In this document: piece by piece, positions 36,125 to 47,881 of the stretch
Position numbering within the stretch: position 1 is the stretch's first letter
How the letters are laid out: the number at the start of each line of letters is the position of its first letter
Source: Dudresnaya verticillata
Taxonomy: Eukaryota
NCBI GenBank assembly: GCA_977862235.1
Contig: OZ374560.1
Span: forward strand, 1,054,001-1,118,000
Length of the DNA stretch: 64,000 nt
Direction of reading: 5' to 3'
Notes under the pieces: model-generated
The model's input: only the letters and a program-made list of their open reading frames with translations
Databases searched by the model: none
What the model was told of the DNA's origin: nothing
Made by a program: the position numbers and the translations under genes

Positions 36125-36300
36125 AAGTACAGCACCGGCTCACTGTCAGAGCTTGGGTAAAGCGGCATTTGACACATCAAGATAGACTTTACAGAACAGG
36201 ATATTTGAAGTGCGTCGACTTCAGCAGCGAGAGCCTACGAGCGAATTAGCATAGAATAAAACAACCCTTAGGTCCAACAAGCCCCTGAGGGTATAGCTAG

Positions 36301-37138
36301 TGTGGCGCACGGGGGACCGGGCTTTTATTTCCTCGCCGTGGGCGCTGATAACCTCGTCGACCGACGGACGATCGCCTCTGAAACGGCTCATTCGCCGTTG
36401 GCGCGAACAAGTCATCGACGATTGGCCTACGGACGCGCGGGCACCGCCACCCAGCGCAGCGCACGCCCGACGCACTGTACGGCGCAACGCTGCAGAGCGG
36501 ATCTGGATGATGCATCGAGATCAACGAGGTGTAAGGGAGTCGACTGTCAGATTGGCCCGGATCCCGATCGAATCCGGATCCGATATCCGGATCGGACATC
36601 GGGATCCTCTGTAAGGGAAAGGCGCCTGTAATACGTGTCAATCGCGATCCGAATCCGGATCGCTTACAGCAGCGTGCGGGTACGCCTCCGTGAGACACAC
36701 GCGCCCGCGCACAGCGGCTGCATGATCCCGGGACGTGTCAGACACACCTCCACGCGACACGCGTCCCGATATCCCGCGCACTACGTCATGCAGCCGCTGC
36801 ACCGCGGCGCTCTAGTACTACTTAGGTACCTCGTCCAGGACGTAACAGTAAAGCCCCGCCAAGCCGGTTTGAGTCTGGACTTCCCCCCCGCGTCAGCGCG
36901 CACCCTACCGCTGCTCGGAAGCATAAGCGTCTACCCATCCGTGTTTCCACGTTTCAAATCGTTGTTAACGTGTTCCCTTTTGGGTTTCTTTGCCCCCTTC
37001 GTCCGCTCGCCCTGGGTGTTTACAGTCCGCCCTAGGTGTGTTCTACCCGCTCTACCCCGTTCGCTACTAGCGGCTACCCACCGGGCTCCCGAACGGCCCG
37101 GAGGCGTTCTTCGTCTTGGATACGACGTTTGCATGACA
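36301..37138 (+). repeat. 5' LTR
   Basis: TGTGGCGCAC...GCATGACA, collinear with 48201-49038. About 14 substitutions by eye and no indels. Confidence 0.97.
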
Positions 37139-37140
37139 AC

Positions 37141-37158
37141 AGGTCTCCCGACCTAGAA
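37141..37158 (+). promoter_or_regulatory. Primer-binding site (AGGTCTCCCGACCTAGAA)
   Basis: Lies 2 nt after the LTR and is 17/18 identical to the PBS at 30630-30647. The canonical TGG reads AGG here. Confidence 0.75.
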
Positions 37159-37265
37159 GCTGCTACGTATCTACGACTTTTAAACGTCTGTGAGACGATC
37201 GCTTAACCGTCACCCTGACGTTCTGCCCATCGTTCACGACGTTCGCCTACCTCTTTGAAACAATC

Positions 37266-39823
37266 ATGGGTCCACCGCGACCACCGCTATCGCGTGGATC
37301 CTCCCGACGCCCGTCTTCGACGCCCGGCATAATGCCACCGTCGGGACCGGCCCAACACATGACGACACGATCTGGTCGTCACGTCAGTCCGGAGATTGCC
37401 TCCGCCTTTACGGCACCACCGGACCATGACGTGTCACACGTTTCGCTCAACAGGGGACAACCTGCTCCCCCGCCGAATCCGATCGTCGTTCGTACTTCAG
37501 TCCCGGAAGGCTCCGCCCTCCGTACCTACCACACGTATGTTGACTCCGCCGACACCGTCCAGGCGGAGCAGCAACGCGTCGTAGACGTAACACAAGCCGG
37601 CCTTGCCGAGGAACAACAACAACCAACCCCGGCTTCACATCCACAACAACAACTACCAACCGAAAACGTCGAGGACGATCGAAGCCGTTTAGAGCCTTTG
37701 GACGTCGTCGACGATTCACCACCGGCGAGGGACTGTTGTCGCACGCCTCACGGCAGTGCTGAATGTTCTCCGGCAGAGCCGTCCGGTCAACGTCGCAACG
37801 CAGAGTCGCCACCGGTGTTGCAAAGCCCGGTGGGACAAAGCCCGACACGACCTCCGCTTGCGGCGTCTCCTGCGTCCGTTCGCGTGGGTAATCTCACGAT
37901 TCCCCGCGACCGCATCCGAGAAGTCTGCGTCGTTGAAGACGATGCGCTGTTAGCGCGATTCGCGGAAATGCTCGACAACAGTGTCGGGGGAATCCGCAGT
38001 CGTCTACAGACGCTAGAGGAGGGCCGAGACGGAGCCCTACAGGGTTTACGAAATGACCTTGACCGTCTGATGACGAACCCGGATACCAACGCCAAGCAAC
38101 CCGCCACAGTAACGATCAACTCGCAGTCCGAACTGAGTTCGCGCGAGTGTTTCAATCGTCTGGCGACTCGTTTGGAACGATTGGAATTCGCTAAGTTGCG
38201 TCAAAGACAACCACCATCGTCGGAGGACGAAAGCGACGACGAAGATCGTCGCCGCCAAAAAGGTCGCAAGCATCGCGACCAACGAAAGAATCGCCGTAAG
38301 CAAAAGAAGAACCGTCGACGACGTCACGGGGATTCCTCATCTTCCTCCGATTCGTCGAGTGACGAAGGATCGTCAGGTACCTCAACGGACGACGAAGAGT
38401 ACCCGACCCACGGCGGGGCCGTAAGGCCACGCGGCAAACGGTTCAAGGGATTGAAGGAGCTACGTCCCTCCAACCCCCTATTAGACCGACTCTTGTCGTA
38501 CCGTACTTACCGTCTAACGAACGTAGGGCAAAAACGTTCCGGACGTGAAACAGGGAAGGTCAAGGACCACATCAAACGTCTAGAGTTGACGATGAAGGAC
38601 GCCGCCTTCACAGGCGACGACCCGGTCCTAATCCTCGAGTTCCTTACGCGTTTCGCGGATGAGGCCGATACGCTAGAAATGAGCGAAGCTCAAGCGTTCA
38701 TAGCGTTGCCATACTTCTTACGAGGTACGGCGTCAACGCAGTTCCGGTCCGTCAAGTCGACGTCAACACGCCATCAAGGCGGGGTCTCTTCGTACCCGGA
38801 GGCGGTACAATACCTCCTCCGTACGTATGCAACGCCTTCGGCGATCCGATCCGCCGTACTGGCGTTACGCTCAACAGCGCAGAAGCGGTCTGAAGATGAA
38901 ACTGCCTATGGCATGCGACTCGCTGGAGCGTGCATCCGTTGCGGGAACGTGTACCCTGACTGGGAGAAGATGACCCTATTCATTGATGGACTTAACCCGT
39001 CGATACGATCGCTGGTCGCCCGCTTCCGCGAAGAGACGCCAAGGGCGGAGTTATCGTTCGAACGGTTGGTGCACTTCGCACAAGACGAAGGCGACGCCCA
39101 TCGCGCGCGACACGGCAGGGCCGGACATATTTCGGGTCGACAGGATATATTGGTGCCGACACAAATCGCCCGCAACGCACGGCCCGCTGTCGCAGTCAAC
39201 CGTCAACCGACGAAGAGTCCAAAGCCGGCGGCACGCGCCATGCTGGCGGAGTCATCCGTCGAATTCCGAGACGCTAGCACCGCGACGATGACGTCAGAAC
39301 ACACGCCGATGGCGACCTGTACCTGGCCGACGAACAACTCTCGATACCAACGTCAGCATTACCGACAGACAGTTACGTCGAAGACGAAGAAGGAATGGAT
39401 CCCGCTCTCGCCTTTGGGCGCCCGAATGTACCCGCGCCGCGCGTACCGTATTCAGAATACGCCCCGCACGTGCACCGCGCAAGGCCCGGATGGCAGGACC
39501 GAGGGCCTCCTCGTCAAGACGTACGGCGACAACTTATTTGCCATCAGTGCTATGCGCGTGGCCATATTGCGCCGGAATGCTTCCTACGGATGAGTGACTA
39601 CATGAAGGTCGTCGCCAACTACGAGGGCCTGACGGAGACTGAGAGAAACGGGGTACCCGCTGATGCGTACGACCGTTGTAAGGAACAAGCCACGAAGGAA
39701 GCAGCTCGTCGCGCCGCGCGTCCGTCATCGCCAAGGGCGGGACTCGCACCGCGTGCAGCCGAACGCCACCCGACAATGCTAAACCGCTACATAGCGCAAC
39801 CACCGCCGGAGGCGAAAAACTAA
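37266..39823 (+). CDS. gag: Gag with one frameshift near 39280 and a C-terminal CCHC knuckle
   Basis: ORF 37266-39593 carries a capsid-like region (FTGDDPVLILEFL..YPEAVQYLLRTY). Overlapping ORF 39395-39823 carries CHQCYARGHIAPEC. Confidence 0.88.
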
Positions 39824-39849
39824 TCCGGGCACCGACTCCTGACACTGGG

Positions 39850-42800
39850 GTGTCACACCCAAACGAGAGGCCCCCGCCTCGGGTGTTGACACGGAAGGAG
39901 GGCCCGAAGCCACTTAAGGAAGACGCCGAAGGTCGCATAGAACCGTCGCAGACGTCACTGAAACGCCCATGGCGTAGGTACCAGCCCCCGAAGGGGCGAG
40001 GACAGTTGTTCGTAATGGCCAAACGGAATTACAAGGTGTACGCCGATCTAGGCACCACCACCAATACCTTGGCCCGTAAACTTACTGTCCTCGACACCGG
40101 GGCTGGCCCTAACTTCATCCGTATTAACGAGATTCCGCTAGAAGCGCGTTCGCATATTGTCGCCAAGAGTCTGCCCGTTATTTCCGACGCCAACAATAAG
40201 GCAATACAGACACGCGGAACCATCGACTTGGTCGTGCGACTCGGACGGCGGGTCGTTAAATTGGAATTAATCGTTTGCGAACGGCTCGCTGCGCCGGTCA
40301 TACTCGGTTGCGACGTTTGCGACCGCTTTGTCGAAGCGATATATCCGCGAAGTCGCGAGGTTGAATTGGACGACGGGACCCGAGTCCCGATCACGCGCCG
40401 TCCGCTTCGCCGACCACCGTCGTACCCGCCGTTACCACCGGAGCAAGAGTACGGCCAAGCCGGAGGGAGGACTTCGCCCAAGATTCGTTCGACCGAACGC
40501 ACCATCATCCCGCCTCAGGCGCAGAAATGGGTCTCTGTTACCACGGAACGTTCCGGAGTGATCACGATCCAGCCGTTCGGAACGATGTATGATCGGCAAG
40601 GTATGCTCGTTACGAATGGGATTGCCCAGGTGGAGCCGCTCAAAGCGTTCCGCATCCTGGTGGCCAACTTCTCGCCTCGGGCGCAATCGCTCGCAAAAGG
40701 GCAAGTCGTCGCCATGTCGTTACCACATCCAACAGCAGTGTTCCCCAGTCACATAAGTCTGGCCGATGTATTGGGTATCGCCGAAGATCAAGCACAGGAC
40801 GAGGAAGCCAAGCAAGACTTTCGTTTTAAAACGAACGTCGGCGTCACGGCAAAGCCGGACACTTTCGCTAAGTCTATCGAAGCGACGCTCGCCAAGCCTC
40901 CGTCAGTCGACGATTTGGACTTGAGTCACCTGTCCGCCGAGCATCAGGGTCGGTTGAAGGAGATGCTGCGCCGCTACTCGTCAATGTGGGACGGCTCACT
41001 GGGAGAAATAGCGACCACGGAGCATTACATCGACTTACTCCCCGGCTCCCGCCCGATCTCTTCACCGCCGTATCGCGCTGGTCCGAAACAACGACAACTC
41101 GCTCAAGCGGAAGTCGATCGCATGTTGCGTCAAGGGGTTATCGAACCCGCACAATCGCCTTGGGCGTCGCCAGTCGTCTTCGCCCCGAAGAAGGACGGTA
41201 CTCTTCGCTTTTGCGTTGATTATCGTCGACTGAACGCAGTAACCGTGCGGGACACGTACCCGTTACCACGGATTGACGAGTGTATCGACAGCCTAGGGGA
41301 TGCCAACGTCTTCACCACCCTAGACTGTAATAGCGGATACTGGCAAGTGCCGATTGCTCCGCGGGATCGCGACAACACAGCCTTCACGTGCCACGCCGGT
41401 CTCTTCCGCTATAAGCGTATGCCTTTCGGATTGACCAACGCCCCGGCCACGTTCCAACGAACTCTCGACATATTACGCGCCGGGTATAAGTGGCGCTCGT
41501 GCCTCGTCTATTTGGACGACGTTATTATCTTTTCCAAGGACGTGGACACGCACTTCCGTCACGTTGACGAGATTCTTTCAACTCTCCACCGGGCCGGGGT
41601 AACTCTGAAGTTGGCCAAGTGTGACTTCTTCACCCCGACTGTCAATTACCTGGGTCACGTGATACGTCCGGGACGACTGGAGGTCGACCGAACGGTCACC
41701 GCCGCCCTACGCGAAGCCAAGCACCCGCGGGACCAGAAAGAGCTACGCAGTTTCCTCGGGTTGTGTAACGTCTATAGACGATTCGTGTCGCGTTACGCGC
41801 ATGTCGCGGCACCCCTCAATAAGTTGCTCCGAAAGGAGCAAGAGTTCACATTACCGTCATTCGACGAAGTACAAGCAGCCGCGTTCGACACGCTCGTCAA
41901 GGCCGTAACCAGCCCGCCGGTATTGGCGCTACTACAGCCAGGCTTACATTACTCCGTCGATTGTGACGCCAGCAACTATCAAGTCGGGTGCGCCCTCTTC
42001 CAGACGCAGCCCAATGGGGAGCGGAAGCCGCTCGGTTTCTGGTCGCGCTCGCTTACCGCTCCGGAGCGCAACTATTCCGTCTCTGAAAAGGAATGCCTCG
42101 CGGTAGTGTGGTCCGTTACAACGTTGCGCCCTTACCTCCAGATGGAGTCGTTCACCGTACACACGGACTACTCGTCGCTGAGGTGGCTGATGGAAATCAG
42201 CGACCCCTCGGGACGTTTGATGAGATGGAGACTCCGCCTCTCGGAATTCGACTTCGTCGTTAAGTATAAGAAGGGTTACTTGAACACCCAGGCCGATGCC
42301 CTTTCGCGTCTACAGACGAATGGGGAGACGGTTGAACCGATCGACGACGATGTACCGTGCTACCATGGGGGACACGTCGAGGACGAACATCAGACGTCGA
42401 CCGACGGTGCGACTGGTATCGACGGCGAAGCCGACTTTTTAGAAAGAGACTTCGAAGAGTTCGACCGACTACTCGTCGCAAACACTCCTTCGGCGGACGA
42501 GGTGCTCTTACGTCAGGTAACGCACGAAGAGCTGATCCACGCCCAGGCCAACGACGGATACTGTACTGAACTTCGGAAGCGTCTCGATGACGGAGAGTCG
42601 ATACCGTTCGCGATGGACGAGCAAGGACGACTCATACGAACCGTAGAGGCCCGGGCACAAACCGTTGTGCCATTCGCGTTACGCGCACGCCTCCTGCACC
42701 TCAGGCATTACGCTAAGTTAGCGGCACACCCCGGAGGGAGAAAATTGTATCAGACGCTCCGACGCGAATTCTATTGGCCGTCCATGACGGTAGATTGCTA

Positions 42801-44523
42801 CGCAACCGTTCGCAACTGCGTTACTTGCGCGAAGAACCGCGTCCTGCTACGGAGGAACGTGAAGGAGATGAAGTTGTTTCCAGCTACCGAGCCGCTAGAG
42901 TTCGTTTGTATCGATATACTCGGAGAACTCATACGTACGAAACGGGGAAACAAGTTCCTCCTTGTAATCGTCGACCGCTTCTCGAAGCTGGTCAGGACGG
43001 TACCTTTGCGTACAGTTACGGCTCTAGAAATCGCAAAAGCGTTCGTCCGACATTGGGTACTCGTGTATGGCCCGCCCAAACGCTTACTGTCGGATAATGG
43101 GCCGCAGTTTGTCGCCAAACTATTCCAGGACGTCTGTCGTCTACTGGGTGTCGAGAATCTCTTCACCACGACGTATCACCCGCAGTGCAATGGACAGGTA
43201 GAACGGTTTAACCGAACGATACTCGCATCACTGCGTCATTACGTGGCGGACCATCCCCGTGATTGGGATATGTTCACAGATGCTTTGACCTTTGGTTATA
43301 AAACACAGGTCCACTCGTCCACGCAGCTGTCGCCGTTCGAGTTGGTACTCTCCCGGCCACCACTCCCGCTGTCGCTCCAAGCGGAACCGTCGCTGGAAAG
43401 CGTCCCCACCGGTGGCCAGTACTACACGAAGTGGAGGGCATGGCTGACCGCGTTGATGAGCACTGCGACAGCAACCTTAGCGCAAACACAAGCCCGCTAC
43501 AAGCGAAACTTCGACGCCCGACTACGGAAGTGCGCCGAGAAAATTGTCGCAGGGGACTTCGTATTCGTACGCAAGGAGTATTTCGCCAGAGGCACCTCAA
43601 GGGATCAGGCGGAGCGCAAGCACAAGCTGGCGCCAGTGGCGGATGGGCCCTACCGAGTGATCAGCGTCGAAGACGGTACGATTACCGTCGACAAGGGACG
43701 TAACGAACATGAACGTTTGTCAAGGGACCGTGTGGTTTGGGCGCCAACCCCTCCGGGTCACGCCGCAATCAACAACCCCCCGACAGCGGGTCCGCCGTCT
43801 AATGGGGCGCCACCAAACCAAGGAGTCGTCAACGACGAGACGAACGCCGCTGCAGCGACGCCCCCGAATGGGAGTGATCAGCAGACGCGTGGTGACCGTT
43901 CGCCACAGGCGTCCGTTCGCGGCTTGGCCGAGTTGGCTCCGTTCGCGGCCGGACCCGGTAGTGAGTCCTCGCAGTCCGTCTCAGACGACGATCAACCGCA
44001 AGGCATCCGCACTAGACTCGACGTCGCCAGGCATACCCCGGCTACGCCGCCGGCTGGCCCGACTAAGGACGCCACCGACGTAACCAAGGCTACGCTAAGA
44101 AGCGAAGGGCAAACCTCGACCATGCCGGCACCGCAAACGCCAGACGCAAGCGCGTCTCCCGCCGACGGCGAACGTTCGGCTATACGGGATGCTACCCGCC
44201 CGCGGCGATCCTCGCGTCGAGTACGCTTCGCAGGACCGTTGGAAGACCACGGCGGAGGACCGAAGCAGTCGAAGGACCCGCCCACGGCGAAACGTAAGCA
44301 ACCAGTCGCTGGCAGCGAGGGGGAGTATGTCATCGATCGGATCGAGAAGCACGCGTTCGCGGAGGACGGAGAGATCCTCTACTTCGTGAAATGGTTCGGT
44401 TACGCCCCCACAGCGAACACGTGGGAACCGGTGTCGAATCTACCCCGATCGCATATCGTGCGGTACCACCGCCAAAAGCGAACGGACCTTCCACCGAATA
44501 TCGACGACGCTCGTTTAGGGTAA
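39850..44523 (+). CDS. pol: Pol polyprotein: protease, RT, RNase H, integrase, chromodomain
   Basis: 1557-aa open frame with LDTGAG, YLDD, DCDAS, HHCC, SDNGPQF, VERFNRT, GPY and YVIDRI..YFVKWFGY..NTWEP. Confidence 0.98.
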   Translation: MSHPNERPPPRVLTRKEGPKPLKEDAEGRIEPSQTSLKRPWRRYQPPKGRGQLFVMAKRNYKVYADLGTTTNTLARKLTVLDTGAGPNFIRINEIPLEARSHIVAKSLPVISDANNKAIQTRGTIDLVVRLGRRVVKLELIVCERLAAPVILGCDVCDRFVEAIYPRSREVELDDGTRVPITRRPLRRPPSYPPLPPEQEYGQAGGRTSPKIRSTERTIIPPQAQKWVSVTTERSGVITIQPFGTMYDRQGMLVTNGIAQVEPLKAFRILVANFSPRAQSLAKGQVVAMSLPHPTAVFPSHISLADVLGIAEDQAQDEEAKQDFRFKTNVGVTAKPDTFAKSIEATLAKPPSVDDLDLSHLSAEHQGRLKEMLRRYSSMWDGSLGEIATTEHYIDLLPGSRPISSPPYRAGPKQRQLAQAEVDRMLRQGVIEPAQSPWASPVVFAPKKDGTLRFCVDYRRLNAVTVRDTYPLPRIDECIDSLGDANVFTTLDCNSGYWQVPIAPRDRDNTAFTCHAGLFRYKRMPFGLTNAPATFQRTLDILRAGYKWRSCLVYLDDVIIFSKDVDTHFRHVDEILSTLHRAGVTLKLAKCDFFTPTVNYLGHVIRPGRLEVDRTVTAALREAKHPRDQKELRSFLGLCNVYRRFVSRYAHVAAPLNKLLRKEQEFTLPSFDEVQAAAFDTLVKAVTSPPVLALLQPGLHYSVDCDASNYQVGCALFQTQPNGERKPLGFWSRSLTAPERNYSVSEKECLAVVWSVTTLRPYLQMESFTVHTDYSSLRWLMEISDPSGRLMRWRLRLSEFDFVVKYKKGYLNTQADALSRLQTNGETVEPIDDDVPCYHGGHVEDEHQTSTDGATGIDGEADFLERDFEEFDRLLVANTPSADEVLLRQVTHEELIHAQANDGYCTELRKRLDDGESIPFAMDEQGRLIRTVEARAQTVVPFALRARLLHLRHYAKLAAHPGGRKLYQTLRREFYWPSMTVDCYATVRNCVTCAKNRVLLRRNVKEMKLFPATEPLEFVCIDILGELIRTKRGNKFLLVIVDRFSKLVRTVPLRTVTALEIAKAFVRHWVLVYGPPKRLLSDNGPQFVAKLFQDVCRLLGVENLFTTTYHPQCNGQVERFNRTILASLRHYVADHPRDWDMFTDALTFGYKTQVHSSTQLSPFELVLSRPPLPLSLQAEPSLESVPTGGQYYTKWRAWLTALMSTATATLAQTQARYKRNFDARLRKCAEKIVAGDFVFVRKEYFARGTSRDQAERKHKLAPVADGPYRVISVEDGTITVDKGRNEHERLSRDRVVWAPTPPGHAAINNPPTAGPPSNGAPPNQGVVNDETNAAAATPPNGSDQQTRGDRSPQASVRGLAELAPFAAGPGSESSQSVSDDDQPQGIRTRLDVARHTPATPPAGPTKDATDVTKATLRSEGQTSTMPAPQTPDASASPADGERSAIRDATRPRRSSRRVRFAGPLEDHGGGPKQSKDPPTAKRKQPVAGSEGEYVIDRIEKHAFAEDGEILYFVKWFGYAPTANTWEPVSNLPRSHIVRYHRQKRTDLPPNIDDARLG

Positions 44524-45127
44524 TACGCCCCGACCAATCATGAACGGACCAACGTCCTGGAACGCCAAAGGCTGAAATACGCTTAGTGCGGATCCTCATA
44601 CGTACACCCCGCAACGGGACTGTCAGCCGAGCTGAGTCGAGGCGCCGGCACCATAAAGGTGTTAGACGTTAACCCCGGATGACAGCGCAAGGAAGAAAAA
44701 CAAGAAAAATAACAAAAATAATTATTCGCCACCGGCGCCTCGCGAGTGGCCAAGTGTCGCTCGGAACGGTCGAAGGAAAATCCCACTACCGCTGCTCGCG
44801 AGGACGCGAAGCTGACCGCTTTGGACAGCAAACTACGTGACCCACGTCGCCACCACACTCCGCCTTCGCAGAAATGCGCCGCCGTTCATAAGTGGTACGA
44901 CGTTCCGCACGCCGCAGGCGCCAAGAAGGAGGAACGAGACGTAATGGTTACGCAGAAAAGGGCAACGTGAGGACACGAGACTCTGGCACGAAAGGCGGCG
45001 CCGACGAGAATAATCGCGATTAAGCCGTCCGTACACGACGCGCCACTCTCGCCGCGAGGAGGGAGACGGCCGCACCCTGGGAGGGACGAGCGACGACTCC
45101 GCGTCGGAGCAAACTCGTCGTAACAAG

Positions 45128-45375
45128 CGTCGAGGACGAGTCAAGACGAAGATGGCCGGGGATACGCCGTCGGCAACTAACTGCCAACACCACGCAAGGC
45201 GACGTGTGACGGCGTTTTTACCACGTACGCCACCCCCACTCACTACGTCCAAGACGAGTGGATAACTCTTCCCGTCCACGACGAGTCAGCCCCGTGCCCA
45301 AATTTTACGACAAGGCGCCGAGGGCAATTAGAGGGGCCGATTACGCGCGTTGCCCCTAACGTCGAAGACGAGTCC
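45128..45375. repeat. Cluster of four CGTC-N3-GACGAGT palindromic motifs in the spacer between pol and the antisense ORF
   Basis: CGTCgagGACGAGT 45128, CGTCcaaGACGAGT 45246, CGTCcacGACGAGT 45273, CGTCgaaGACGAGT 45360. A fifth, CGTCttcGACGAG, is at 45674. Confidence 0.7.
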
Positions 45376-45667
45376 AGGAATACGATGCACGCGCGACAGG
45401 CCCTCGACGTCTCAAACGCTGAGATGAACGCCCAACAGCGGACGCGGGTTACGGCACGGAGCTCACAACGGCGAGGGATCAGCGAGATAACACGCGAAAG
45501 TAACGAAGATGTTTAATACGCATCCGCGTCGATAACATCGCTTCGACTACTTACGCTAACTACGTGGCTACGTTGACGTAGCCGTCCTCGTCGCTAGACG
45601 CCTGTTTTCTCCGCTTGAGTCACTCCACGAGGAGCGACTAAGCCCACGACACCCACCCTCGTGTCCG

Positions 45668-47881
45668 CTAAGCCGTCTTCGACGAGCCTAAGTCGCCGGC
45701 ATTATCGCCCTCGGCGGACTCGCGAAGCGCCGCTTCATAGCCATCATCATCCGTCGGAGACGTAGGAGCTGGACCAGGCGGCGTGGCTGCGACCCGCGGG
45801 GCGCCGGCCACTGTCACCGCCTTAGTCACGGCGTCCACTTGCGCCTTATGCGTAGCATCGAGCTGGTTAGTCGCCTCGAGCGTATGAACGACTGTTGCAG
45901 CCGCCGGCTTCGGCGACTGCGAAGTCTTTTCCGCCACCGGCGTCGAGCGCAATGCAATCGCCTGAGGCGTCAACAGGGCATCTTTGTCCTTCGCCCCGGG
46001 CGTCCGCGGAATGTTAACCGCCTTCGTCGCAGGATGCGCGACAGCCGCCTTAGGCGCTACGAGCACCCCCGCCGTCGATGACGTTGGAACGACTCTGCTC
46101 GCTGTAGGCGCTTCGCCATTTGAAGGCATCGTCTTGGACGAAGATCCCACGGTGGTCACGCCACTCGGCGCCGAACCCGGCAGAGCCGCTGGCTCTCGCG
46201 CAGGCGTTACAGCCGGAGTTGGAACCGTCGCCAAGACGCGAGCCCACCAATCCGAGGGCGAGCCGCTCGGGTCGCTAGGCTCGACGCCGGCAGCCCGCAG
46301 GAGCGAAAGGACCACATCGCGCTGCGCGGCGTTCCAAGTCGGCACCGCCGAAGGTACTGTAACACCATCTTGGACGTTTGGAACTGACGACGGCGCCCCT
46401 GCAACGACCGCTGGTGCCTGCACCGGGGCAGCCATGACTGCGTCACCATCATCGTCCGCGACGGCTACGTTCCCCTCGTTGGAAGCAACCGCCACTGGCG
46501 TAGGAGACGGCCCAGCCGCAGTTACTACATCCGACGCCACAGGCGATTCTGCAACAGAAGCTGACGGCTCAACCGCCATAGGCGTCGCGAAGCCCGTCCC
46601 AGACGTGTGCACCCCATCGCTAGCAGCGTGAAAGGCGTCCTCCTCGGCTGTTAACGCCGCCAAGTGAGGAGGAAAATCTCCGACAAAGTCGCACGAGGGC
46701 AGTAGCCCACGAGGGTGGCCCGACGGCACAAACCGGTCAGTACGTCGATGACGTTCAGCAATGCTTTCCGTCGTTCGACGTTTGGTCCAAGGATTGTACC
46801 AAGTCCAGTCGCCACAGGCGTGATGGTTGCGGCTCATCGCGAAACGCGGACGACGCGCCTTTCGGCGGCTGTTTCCCAGAGGGACGATCATGGGGTTATC
46901 CCAGTCGATCTCGCTCGCCACTTGGCGTAAGTCCCAGAACTCGCGGAGGTTCCGCTGACCGCCGAGCGTCTCGGTGAGGTCCAAGTCGTTGAAGAACGCT
47001 ACGATACGTGGTGGGAGGTAGTGCATCCGAAAGGTATCGTACACCTCCCACAACCACGCATAAGCGATATTGGCAACCCATTCCGTCTGGAAGACGATCC
47101 ACCACCGCGAATACGCGTTCAAGACTAGCTCAGAGCCCAGATACGTGACACACGGAGGCAACTCTGCCGCGAAACTCTCGCACACTTCCATCTCACGCCA
47201 CTGTGGCGGCAACTTGACGAAACAGTTCGAAGCCTTTGTACGCTCCAAGCGATCGATTTGCGTATCCTGATACGGAACCAATACGCCCTTGCGGCGCCGG
47301 GACTCACACTCCCAGCGAATGCACCTCTCCCAGAAGAAGGTGCCCGCTCGGTGGGAGTAGCGAAATTCCGCTCTTAAGCGTACACCCATCACCAGAACAT
47401 CGTCCCGGGCGCGAGCGTCCAATGACGGCATAATGTGCGTCAACGGCAATTCTGCCAGACGGTATCCATAACCGGCTTCGCCGTGTGTGCGGAAGAATGC
47501 CGCGTCAAGCCCCAACGACAACGGGACCAAGTCGGTCCCCGGAAACCGAGCAAAGCGACCATATACGTCAACGACGAATTGGGCATGCGCATCTTCGCGC
47601 GACTGGCCCGGGCGCGCATACACCCACTCTTTCGGAATCGCGCAACGCGTTCGCCACTCCGTCGAATAGACGACAGCCAGGGGGAGTTCCCCCGGCAACA
47701 TATCGCCAATGGCGTAATGAGCAATTAGCGCTTCGTTCCGTAACGCGGCTGGGTCGAACCACGGCGCGCTCGCAAAGAGGCGCGCGTGGTGACGCGGATT
47801 CCTTCCGACAAAGTCGTGCAGCGACGGGTACACCGGCATCGATGAAGGGGGCGCAATCTGCGCCCCATCATACTCAGGCAT
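45668..47881 (-). CDS. Retrotransposon-borne antisense protein of unknown function (~737 aa from the first ATG)
   Basis: Uninterrupted frame 45668-47995 between pol and the 3' LTR. Trp/aromatic-rich globular-looking N-terminal ~400 aa and an Ala/Pro/Thr/Val low-complexity tail. Confidence 0.8.
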   Translation of the reverse strand: MPEYDGAQIAPPSSMPVYPSLHDFVGRNPRHHARLFASAPWFDPAALRNEALIAHYAIGDMLPGELPLAVVYSTEWRTRCAIPKEWVYARPGQSREDAHAQFVVDVYGRFARFPGTDLVPLSLGLDAAFFRTHGEAGYGYRLAELPLTHIMPSLDARARDDVLVMGVRLRAEFRYSHRAGTFFWERCIRWECESRRRKGVLVPYQDTQIDRLERTKASNCFVKLPPQWREMEVCESFAAELPPCVTYLGSELVLNAYSRWWIVFQTEWVANIAYAWLWEVYDTFRMHYLPPRIVAFFNDLDLTETLGGQRNLREFWDLRQVASEIDWDNPMIVPLGNSRRKARRPRFAMSRNHHACGDWTWYNPWTKRRTTESIAERHRRTDRFVPSGHPRGLLPSCDFVGDFPPHLAALTAEEDAFHAASDGVHTSGTGFATPMAVEPSASVAESPVASDVVTAAGPSPTPVAVASNEGNVAVADDDGDAVMAAPVQAPAVVAGAPSSVPNVQDGVTVPSAVPTWNAAQRDVVLSLLRAAGVEPSDPSGSPSDWWARVLATVPTPAVTPAREPAALPGSAPSGVTTVGSSSKTMPSNGEAPTASRVVPTSSTAGVLVAPKAAVAHPATKAVNIPRTPGAKDKDALLTPQAIALRSTPVAEKTSQSPKPAAATVVHTLEATNQLDATHKAQVDAVTKAVTVAGAPRVAATPPGPAPTSPTDDDGYEAALRESAEGDNAGDLGSSKTA

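Noticed and set aside
36221..37156. ORFs repeated at 47929-49023
   Set aside because: They are translations of the LTR sequence, not genes.
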